From a bacterium (lineage in GTDB: Bacteria; Babelota; Babeliae; Babelales; RVW-14), in contig JBDRBF010000008.1 in NCBI GenBank assembly GCA_043822925.1, positions 25,129-89,128 on the forward strand: 64,000 nt of DNA. Reading direction: 5' to 3'. Position numbers and translations under genes: made by a program. How positions within the stretch are numbered: position 1 is the stretch's first letter; every line of letters starts with the position of its first letter. This document shows positions 51,994-59,721 of this stretch, piece by piece. The notes under the pieces were generated by a model that saw only the letters and a program-made list of their open reading frames with translations, did no database searches and had not been told where the DNA came from.

Positions 51994-52023
51994 GGCCTTC
52001 GGCTCGTAGCTTCGTAAGACAAG
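51994..52023 (-). repeat. Degenerate family 3 repeat
   Basis: Minus strand CTTGTCTTACGAAGCTACGAGCCGAAGGCC resembles CTTGTCCGCCATAGCC..GGCGACGGC at 63141. Confidence 0.45.
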
Positions 52024-52065
52024 CCCAAGAACAAATCGATAGGTAAAATTTTTAAATTAAGATCT

Positions 52066-52109
52066 AAAAAAAAGAATTGGGCTGATATTAAAAAAATATC
52101 AGCCCAATT
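52066..52109 (-). terminator. Intrinsic terminator after ddl
   Basis: 15-bp stem AATTGGGCTGATATT/AATATCAGCCCAATT plus U-tract. Confidence 0.8.
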
Positions 52110-52133
52110 ATAATATTTTTTGATTTTTTAATA

Positions 52134-54473
52134 TTACCCAATAACAGACTGCTTCTCTCGCTCATCAATAATCACCGAAGTCTCTGGAGCATTTATATTA
52201 ATATTTTGCACTGGCGCAATATCTTTTTTTGCATGATTCTGAAAACCTAATTGGACAATAATATCAATAAACTCCATAGGACGTATTCCAACTTCAGCCG
52301 CTTGATGAAATAAGCACGTTGCGGGCGTTAATGCAGGCAAAGAGTTTATTTCCAAAATAACAACTCGCTGTTTGCCCGTAGGACTCTCAAGAGCGCTTTG
52401 ATAAAAGCAATCAATACGAACGTAGCCTTTACAGTCAATCGTTTTGTATACGCCACCGATAGCATCCTGAACAAGAGAAATTTGTTCTTCACCAAGAGGC
52501 GCTGGCGTAATATTAGACCCAGCTCCTGGTAAAAACTTTTCTCTGATAGAAAGTACCCCTGCCTGTGCAACAGCCTGAGATGGCGGCAATACAGTAACAA
52601 TATCGTTACCGTAAGCGCCACAAGTTAGTTCCATACCAATAATAAGTTCTTCAAGCATAGCAACAGATTTTCCTGCATCAAATATCGCATTACATGCAGC
52701 AATAAGCTCCTGCGTATTCTGTACTTTTTGTACAAACATACTACAACCATCATCATGAGGTTTTACAACGAGCGGGAAGTTAAGAACCCCACTCAAACGC
52801 TCACTTAAATAAGCTTCTTGTTCTTGTTCTGTTTTTTTACTCAAAATAGATTTGGAAATAAGTATAGATTGTGGTACATCAAAGCCTTTAGCTCTCAAAA
52901 ACGTGTTTGTTTTGTTCTTATCCATACACAAAGCGCTGGCTAAAACCCCAGAGCCATTATATGGCAAACCAAGCATCTCAAGAGCCCCCTGAACCGCTCC
53001 ACCCTCACCTTTACCACCATGAAGAGCAATAAACACAAAATCATAATTTTTTGGCAAATCTGCCCACTCAAGAGCACTATCAGGTAATTCGGAAACAAGC
53101 TCTGCTATAATCCCTGTCGAATTTTTAATCAAATATTTTTGCGTAAGCTTAAATAATTTCATGTCGTGCTTAACAAATACTGGCGTAACATCATATTTTT
53201 CTGGTGATAATTTATAACAAACGTTACGTCCAGACTCAAGCGATATCTCACGTTCGTTTGTATCGCCACCAAGCAACACTGCTACGCGTATTTTTTTTAC
53301 GTCAGAACCATTCACACCCGACATACCAGCCCCACTCTCTTTTTTTCCAATTACTGTCGCCAGACCATAGCGCGCAAGTTCATGTTCAATCAAGAAATTA
53401 ATCAACTGTGTATGGCTCATGCCAACTTCTGCAGCTTGGTGAAACAAAAACGTTGCAGGCCCCATGCCTGTAAGTGAATTAGGATCAATAATAACAACTT
53501 CACCATCTTTGGTTAAAAAACCATCAGTCCGCGAAATAGTCGCTAACCCTAAAACTTTTGCAACCTGCTCACAAACATCAATAATTTTTGCCTGATCTTT
53601 TTTACTACAACGAGCAGGCGTAATCTTAAGCGCACGGCCCGGCATATATTTTTGATCATAATCATAGAACTCTGAATCAGATTCTTTTACAACTTCTGTA
53701 ATAGGAAAAGAAAACCATTCGTCTTGCCCCGTTCCCGTAACTGGATTATATGCATCTTGATGCTTTTGCAACGATACACATACAAACTCTAGACCATCGA
53801 CTTTTTCTTCAACAATTACATCCTGAACATAACTATTATCAGCTCTTGATGCTGCATGTATTGCAGACAAAAGATCAGTTGCATCATGTGAAACACTAAT
53901 GCCCAAACTTGAGCCCTCGTGTGCAGGTTTTACGATATAAGGGAAAGAAACGTTAACGGCACTTAAGCGTTCGATTACTTGCTGACTTGTTATATTTTGC
54001 ATTTCACTCGCTTTAACAACAACACCAGCAGGAACACGAATATTATGAACGTTAAGAACCTCTTTTTGAAAGGCTTTGTCCATCGCCAAAGCACTGCCCA
54101 AAACTTTAGCCCCCAAATAGGGGATCCCTAAAATTTCCAACATGCCCTGAAGCGTTCCATCTTCGCCATAACGTCCATGAACAGCTATATACACAAAATC
54201 GACTGCTTCTTTTAACGCATCCCATGTAAGCCGTTGCGCTTCACCATCTAAACGACTCTGAAAATCTGCAATTTTCCCCCGATGCAAAAAACGCCAAGGG
54301 AGTAAATATATTTGCCCATCTTCGTCTTGAAAAAGGGGGATAATGTCATACTTATTCGTATCCAGATGGTCACAGATTGTTCGCCCGGAATTTAGTGAAA
54401 CTTCACGTTCAATAGACCGTCCGCCCATTAACACACCAACTCTATATTTGTGCATTACATGCTTTGCGCTCAC
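52134..54473 (-). CDS. ddl: Tandem two-domain D-alanine--D-alanine ligase-family protein
   Basis: Two complete Ddl modules: GGRSIEREVSLNSG..HGRYGEDG..MDK and GGDTNEREISLESG..HGGKGEGG..MDK. Confidence 0.88.
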   Translation of the reverse strand: MSAKHVMHKYRVGVLMGGRSIEREVSLNSGRTICDHLDTNKYDIIPLFQDEDGQIYLLPWRFLHRGKIADFQSRLDGEAQRLTWDALKEAVDFVYIAVHGRYGEDGTLQGMLEILGIPYLGAKVLGSALAMDKAFQKEVLNVHNIRVPAGVVVKASEMQNITSQQVIERLSAVNVSFPYIVKPAHEGSSLGISVSHDATDLLSAIHAASRADNSYVQDVIVEEKVDGLEFVCVSLQKHQDAYNPVTGTGQDEWFSFPITEVVKESDSEFYDYDQKYMPGRALKITPARCSKKDQAKIIDVCEQVAKVLGLATISRTDGFLTKDGEVVIIDPNSLTGMGPATFLFHQAAEVGMSHTQLINFLIEHELARYGLATVIGKKESGAGMSGVNGSDVKKIRVAVLLGGDTNEREISLESGRNVCYKLSPEKYDVTPVFVKHDMKLFKLTQKYLIKNSTGIIAELVSELPDSALEWADLPKNYDFVFIALHGGKGEGGAVQGALEMLGLPYNGSGVLASALCMDKNKTNTFLRAKGFDVPQSILISKSILSKKTEQEQEAYLSERLSGVLNFPLVVKPHDDGCSMFVQKVQNTQELIAACNAIFDAGKSVAMLEELIIGMELTCGAYGNDIVTVLPPSQAVAQAGVLSIREKFLPGAGSNITPAPLGEEQISLVQDAIGGVYKTIDCKGYVRIDCFYQSALESPTGKQRVVILEINSLPALTPATCLFHQAAEVGIRPMEFIDIIVQLGFQNHAKKDIAPVQNININAPETSVIIDEREKQSVIG

Positions 54474-54510
54474 AAGACCCTCTCTAATTTTTTCTTAATT
54501 TTTTCTTAGT

Positions 54511-54537
54511 TGTCATCCCAGACTTGATCTGGGATCT
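54511..54537 (+). repeat. Palindromic repeat family 1, intergenic copy
   Basis: TGTCATCCCAGACTTGATCTGGGATCT; 23/27 identical to the aspS copy. Confidence 0.8.
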
Positions 54538-54552
54538 AAGCCTAATTTCTTC

Positions 54553-55206
54553 TTAATTCGAACTATAAAGATCTTTTAAAGCACATACAATATCTTTACG
54601 AGAAAATATAGCTGAAGCAACCGCAACAATATCAACACCAGCCTCAGCTAACTGCGTAATATTATTATACCCAACGCCACCATCCATACAAATCAAAAAT
54701 GACAATCTTTGCAAATCTCGCATAGCGCACAATTGCTCGACTTTATGCATTACTTCAGGGATAAAAGCCTGCCCAGAAAACCCAGGTTCTACCGACATAA
54801 CCAAAACTTTATCAACTAATGGCACAATATCTTTTATCGCATCAACACTGGTTTTTGGATTAAGCGCTATTCCCACATTCATATCTTTTTCACGAACTTT
54901 TTCTATAATATCTTTTGCAGCAAGACTATCTTTCACAGACTCTATATGAAAAATAAACGTATCACGACTCGTTAGCTTAAGCCGATCTATCCAAAGAACG
55001 GGATTATCTACCATAAGATGCACCTGAACAGGCAAACCTGTAGTTGCAGCAATTGCATTTATAAATACTGGGCCCCAGGTCAAGTTAGGAACAAAATGAT
55101 CATCCATAACATCAAGATGATACCCATCACAATGCTCATCAAGCAACGTAATAGTATGCTTTAACTCAAGAACATTTGACGATATTAACGATGGATATAT
55201 TTTCAT
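54553..55206 (-). CDS. rpe: Ribulose-phosphate 3-epimerase
   Basis: HLDVMDDHFVPNLTWG, VHLMV, MSVEPGFSGQ, DGGV. Confidence 0.96.
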   Translation of the reverse strand: MKIYPSLISSNVLELKHTITLLDEHCDGYHLDVMDDHFVPNLTWGPVFINAIAATTGLPVQVHLMVDNPVLWIDRLKLTSRDTFIFHIESVKDSLAAKDIIEKVREKDMNVGIALNPKTSVDAIKDIVPLVDKVLVMSVEPGFSGQAFIPEVMHKVEQLCAMRDLQRLSFLICMDGGVGYNNITQLAEAGVDIVAVASAIFSRKDIVCALKDLYSSN

Positions 55207-55218
55207 GCTCAATCTTTC

Positions 55219-56127
55219 TTATAACGTAATAATTTGGCCACATTTCACCGCAGTCTCAAAACCAGATAAAGAATTTGCATAAATATCAGACCGCACAGTA
55301 ACTTGACCTTTTTTGAAAAGCAATACAATCGTCGACCCACCACATGCAAAATACCCCGCTTCAGTCCCTTTTTCATACAGAATATCAGCTTTATAAGTTT
55401 CAACAATACGTCCAACAAACAAAGCCCCCACCGGAACCATTAGAATATCACCAAATGGCGTTTTTTTAAGCTCTATTATATGTCGCTCGTTTTCTATTAA
55501 CGACTGAACACCGGCTGCATATGCTACTGGGTTCACAGACTCATACTTTCCTGCAATAATACGGGCAGGAGCTGGCACACAAGAAACACAAAAATGAAAC
55601 CTATGGTAATCAGGAGGGGCCAATCTAAAAACCATACAGCAACCATCCTGATAACTTTGAGCTAATTGCTTACTCCCCAAAAAACGTTCCAAATTAAAAC
55701 GTTTATTTTTAACCAAAAACGTATCGTCTAAAGATAAATTACTAACGGCAAAAACTTTTGAATCTGCAGGAGCAACAACAACTTCTGGCCGCATATCGAT
55801 AGACCGAGCCCCTACTTTAAGTTTGCGCGTAAAAAAGTCGTTAAACGATTTATACTGGTCTATGGGCCGCTCAAAGTCTGACATGTTTATTTCATGCTTT
55901 TGCACAAATGCTTTTATATTTCTCGCGCTTAAACGTGAATCTTGATAAAACCCATAAAGCTTACTAAGCCAGCGACCCGTCAGAAAAAAACGTACTATCT
56001 TGCCAATACGACTAAAATACAAAAACTTAAGTAAAAAAAATGCCGGGACACGCTCATTAACAAGCGTGCCACCAGCAAAAAATCGAACGCTAAACGTTTT
56101 TTTTAAATTCTTATTCACTATCTTCAT
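55219..56127 (-). CDS. psd: Phosphatidylserine decarboxylase proenzyme
   Basis: SFNDFFTRKLK, RLAPPDYHRFH, NER and the GGST autocleavage motif. Confidence 0.93.
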   Translation of the reverse strand: MKIVNKNLKKTFSVRFFAGGTLVNERVPAFFLLKFLYFSRIGKIVRFFLTGRWLSKLYGFYQDSRLSARNIKAFVQKHEINMSDFERPIDQYKSFNDFFTRKLKVGARSIDMRPEVVVAPADSKVFAVSNLSLDDTFLVKNKRFNLERFLGSKQLAQSYQDGCCMVFRLAPPDYHRFHFCVSCVPAPARIIAGKYESVNPVAYAAGVQSLIENERHIIELKKTPFGDILMVPVGALFVGRIVETYKADILYEKGTEAGYFACGGSTIVLLFKKGQVTVRSDIYANSLSGFETAVKCGQIITL

Positions 56128-56151
56128 AACGTAACTGTACCATGCTTTACG

Positions 56152-56949
56152 CTATTTTTCACTATTAACAGCTACAAAACTCGCAACAATATTTCCAACA
56201 AAAGCACCCTGCATAGCAACTGCCGAATCTGCTGGCATTTGATCTACTACCGCCTGCGCATCTTGCGTAATATCGGCCACCAAATGCCCATAAACATAAT
56301 TTATAATCTCTGTTACCTGATTACTTAAGTACTCGCTAATATTCTCTTGAGTCATAATTTCTTGGATCAATTTCCAAATAACGGTCACAAGCGCAACAAT
56401 TACCTTAGTCGAATCTTTAGTCGAATCTTTAGATGAATTTTGTACCGTTACCATAGAATCAACAACTCCACGAGTCAAAAAGACATTATTTTGCACTGTT
56501 TGAGCTATATTTAAAGACGACCGTACTAAATCCGCAACGACATCTATATTTGCCTCAAGGCTTACACGTAATGCACAAAAAACAGTTTCAAGAAGATCTG
56601 ATGAAATTATCATATCACATGAACGTGTTTGTTTTTTTTGTCCCGTATCTTTTTCCCCAGTATTTACCGGTTCTTGCTGATCACCAGATACAACACCAAC
56701 AAAATCAAGAACAGCCGCAACCGCTTCTATCTTTTGTATTTGGTCTTCTTCTTTCGTCTTAGGCGATGAAACTGCCGCTTGGCCAACTTTATCTAAAACT
56801 TTTGCTAAACTACTAAAGAATTTCGCTTTATTAAACTTACGAGTACTCTCAACCTGATCTTGAGCACAAAAACAATCTCCAAAGCTATAACTTCCTATAA
56901 CTAATACCAGCCCACATGACAGTAAAACTTTGCCAAACAGGTGTTTCAT
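56152..56949 (-). CDS. Secreted hypothetical helical protein
   Basis: 265-aa ORF; GAGG RBS; signal peptide. Confidence 0.7.
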   Translation of the reverse strand: MKHLFGKVLLSCGLVLVIGSYSFGDCFCAQDQVESTRKFNKAKFFSSLAKVLDKVGQAAVSSPKTKEEDQIQKIEAVAAVLDFVGVVSGDQQEPVNTGEKDTGQKKQTRSCDMIISSDLLETVFCALRVSLEANIDVVADLVRSSLNIAQTVQNNVFLTRGVVDSMVTVQNSSKDSTKDSTKVIVALVTVIWKLIQEIMTQENISEYLSNQVTEIINYVYGHLVADITQDAQAVVDQMPADSAVAMQGAFVGNIVASFVAVNSEK

Positions 56950-57114
56950 ACAACATCCTCTCCTTTAAAGAAACATTGCTCAACAGAACACTAATGACAA
57001 ACATACAAAATATACACACAAAACGACAAGAACTTGTCAAAACCTACAACGTAGCAAGAAAATAAGCAACTTGATTATATAACAAAAATTTCATCCATAA
57101 TATCACCGCGCCAT

Positions 57115-57142
57115 AAAAAAGGGGCCGACCAAAACCGACCCC
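57115..57142 (-). terminator. Intrinsic terminator after aspS
   Basis: Minus strand GGGGTCGG..TCGGCCCC followed by TTTTTT. Confidence 0.65.
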
Positions 57143-57180
57143 ATCAAAACATTACCCCAACAATCAAAGCGCGTAGGAAG

Positions 57181-59001
57181 TTAATCTTTTTCAACAACTT
57201 TTATACGCAAATCATTAAGCTGTTCTTGTTCTACATCAGAAGGCGTTTCCATCATAAGACAAGAACCCTTTGTTGTCTTTGGAAACGCAATAACGTCACG
57301 AATCGTATCATGTCCAGCAAGCTTCATAACAAAACGATCAATCCCAAGACCAAAGCCACCTTCTGGTGGATAACCAAATCTTTGAGCCTCAAGTAAATAC
57401 CCGAATCTATTTTGAGCTGCCTCCTGAGATATCCCCAAAATATCGAATATTTTTTGCTGTACAACTGAGTCATGAATACGAATGGCGCCACTAATCAGTT
57501 CACAGCCGTTCCAAACCAAATCATAAGAACGGGATTTAACGTGACCAAGATCTTCAAGCTCTTCCCAGCCATCTTGAGGTGCCGTAAAAGGGTTATGAGC
57601 AGATTGCCACTGCTTAGCATCTTGGTCCCATTCAAATAATGGAAAATCTGTTACCCAGAATAATTCATGTCTCGTTTTATCAATTAAATTAAGATCTTTA
57701 CCCAGTTCTAAGCGCAATTTACCCAAAATATCCCACGCTTGCTTATACTGGCCAGCAACAACAAATAACATGTCACTGGTCGTCAAATCAGGGATTAAAC
57801 GCTGAGCTTGTGCAAAAAAGTCTGTTGGTAAGAACTTTGAAATAGGCCCCTTATGAGAAGGGCAAGGGATAGATCCTGGATCAAGTCCAGGATGACAAGA
57901 CGGGGCAGCATCAAACGTGATATAAATAAGCCCCTGAGCACCATATTCTTTGGTAACTTTTTCTACCCACCCATCAAGCTGCGCCCTACTAAACTTTTTA
58001 TTTTTAACGCATAAAGCACCGAACTTACCGTTATTTTCAAGAATAGTTTTTAAAAACGCAGGAAGCTCAATTTTATTAAATAAATTAGTTAAATCCTGAA
58101 TGCGCATATCAAAGCGCAAATCAGGCTTATCTGAACCATACTTACTCATGACATCGTCATACGCGTAACGCTTAAACGGCAGCCCTAAGTTCACGTTTAA
58201 TATTTTTTTCATAACCTGAGCCATCATTTCTTCGCATACAGAAAAAATATCGTTCTCGTCTACAAACGACATTTCTAAATCAAGCTGCGTAAACTCAGGC
58301 TGGCGGTCAGCACGCAAATTTTCATCACGAAAGCATCGAGCAATCTGGAAGTATTTCTCTAAGCCAGAACACATTAATAATTGCTTATAAATTTGTGGAG
58401 ATTGTGGTAGTGCATAAAACATACCCGCAGCCAAACGAGATGGCACCAAGAAGTCGCGTGCGCCTTCTGGAGTACTCTTAGACAAGATAGGCGTTTCTAT
58501 CTCCCAGAAACCCTTTTTATTTAAAAACTCACGTATACAAAAGATAACATCATGTCTTAATTTTAAATTTTGCTGCATAACCGGACGCCGCAAGTCTAAA
58601 TAACGATATTTTAAGCGTAAATCTTCTGACACATGCTCAGGAGCATCAATCTGAAACGGCAACGGTTTGCAAGCCGAAAAAAGCGTAAATTCTTTAATAA
58701 TTACTTCAAACTCTCCTGTAGGCATTTTAGGATTTATCATGCCAGATGCACGATTTTGCAACACCCCTTGAGCCACAATCACATACTCTGACCGTAAAGC
58801 ACGCGCACTATCCATCACAACGCTATCAAGCTCTTCTGGCATAAACACCAGCTGGACAATGCCACTTCTATCGCGCAAATCGATAAAAATAACACCTCCA
58901 TGATCTCGTCTACTATGAACCCACCCAGCAACAGATACCTGTTGACCCAAAAGTTCGCTGGATACAAGTCCACACTCAACGGTACGTTTCAAGCGTTGCA
59001 T
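57181..59001 (-). CDS. aspS: Aspartate--tRNA ligase, probably non-discriminating (Asp/Asn)
   Basis: RRDHGG (His typical of non-discriminating enzymes), RLKYRYLDLRR, TPEGARDF, LPQSPQ, DRQPEFTQ, GIDR. Confidence 0.97.
   Translation of the reverse strand: MQRLKRTVECGLVSSELLGQQVSVAGWVHSRRDHGGVIFIDLRDRSGIVQLVFMPEELDSVVMDSARALRSEYVIVAQGVLQNRASGMINPKMPTGEFEVIIKEFTLFSACKPLPFQIDAPEHVSEDLRLKYRYLDLRRPVMQQNLKLRHDVIFCIREFLNKKGFWEIETPILSKSTPEGARDFLVPSRLAAGMFYALPQSPQIYKQLLMCSGLEKYFQIARCFRDENLRADRQPEFTQLDLEMSFVDENDIFSVCEEMMAQVMKKILNVNLGLPFKRYAYDDVMSKYGSDKPDLRFDMRIQDLTNLFNKIELPAFLKTILENNGKFGALCVKNKKFSRAQLDGWVEKVTKEYGAQGLIYITFDAAPSCHPGLDPGSIPCPSHKGPISKFLPTDFFAQAQRLIPDLTTSDMLFVVAGQYKQAWDILGKLRLELGKDLNLIDKTRHELFWVTDFPLFEWDQDAKQWQSAHNPFTAPQDGWEELEDLGHVKSRSYDLVWNGCELISGAIRIHDSVVQQKIFDILGISQEAAQNRFGYLLEAQRFGYPPEGGFGLGIDRFVMKLAGHDTIRDVIAFPKTTKGSCLMMETPSDVEQEQLNDLRIKVVEKD
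57871..57897 (-). repeat. Palindromic repeat family 1, in frame inside aspS (encodes CHPGLDPGS)
   Basis: TGTCATCCTGGACTTGATCCAGGATCT; perfect 8-bp stem ATCCTGGA/TCCAGGAT. Confidence 0.85.
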
Positions 59002-59085
59002 AAATTTTTCCCCTTTCAGCATGTACATAATGTGCATAAAAATCTGACTTAGACTGCACACTATTCTAGCAGCTTTAACAAAACA

Positions 59086-59125
59086 AAAAAACCCCCGACA
59101 AACCGGAGTTTGTCGGGAGCTTTTT
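59086..59125 (-). terminator. Intrinsic terminator
   Basis: CCCGACAAAC/GTTTGTCGGG stem flanked by A and T tracts. Confidence 0.75.
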
Positions 59126-59154
59126 ATAACGTTCTTAAAAACTAGAACAAATAC

Positions 59155-59454
59155 TTATGCAGTTTTTGTATCTTCTTTTGAATCTTTTTCTAATTCAGCA
59201 AATGCTTTTTCTAAATCTTTTGCTACATCTGCTGTTGTTACGTCTTTTGTATCTTCTTTTGCTACAATGTCTTCTTTGACTTCATTAGCTGCTACAACAA
59301 CTTCAGCTTTTGCTTCTGCTTGTACTGCTTCTTGTACTACTGGAGCTTGTGCAACAACCGCTGTTTCTTCTTGAGCACTAGGACAAGAATCACACGCGTT
59401 AACAACATTTAACGCAAACAAGCATACGCCTGCAAGTAATAATATCTTTTTCAT
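59155..59454 (-). CDS. Small acidic Ala/Glu-rich secreted protein
   Basis: Signal peptide MKKILLLAGVCLFALNVVNA, then CDSC; own promoter and terminator. Confidence 0.75.
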   Translation of the reverse strand: MKKILLLAGVCLFALNVVNACDSCPSAQEETAVVAQAPVVQEAVQAEAKAEVVVAANEVKEDIVAKEDTKDVTTADVAKDLEKAFAELEKDSKEDTKTA

Positions 59455-59512
59455 AATCATATTCCCTTTGAAATAAAACAAATACACTTCTGAAACTATG
59501 ACGCTCTTTCAT

Positions 59513-59540
59513 ATTGTAAATTATTTTACTTATTTGTCAA
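59513..59540 (-). promoter_or_regulatory. Sigma70-type promoter
   Basis: TTGACA-16 nt-TACAAT on the minus strand. Confidence 0.55.
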
Positions 59541-59721
59541 TTCGCCTAAGATAGCTTTATCTACAATACACTCACCCAAACCAGCTTTTCACTCTTTTTG
59601 CCCTTTTTTGCCAGTATATTCTATAAAAAATGCGCAAAAATAAGAATTTTTCAGTTTGTAACAAATTAAAAAATGAGCGCCGATCTTAGTAAAAAAGCAA
59701 AAAATCTATCGAGAACAAGTT

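Noticed and set aside
51922-52044. SAM-I or glycine riboswitch call (CTATC..GATAG, GATGAAA, GCCGAAG)
   Set aside because: Core conserved elements and spacing do not match; kept only as an unassigned structured region.
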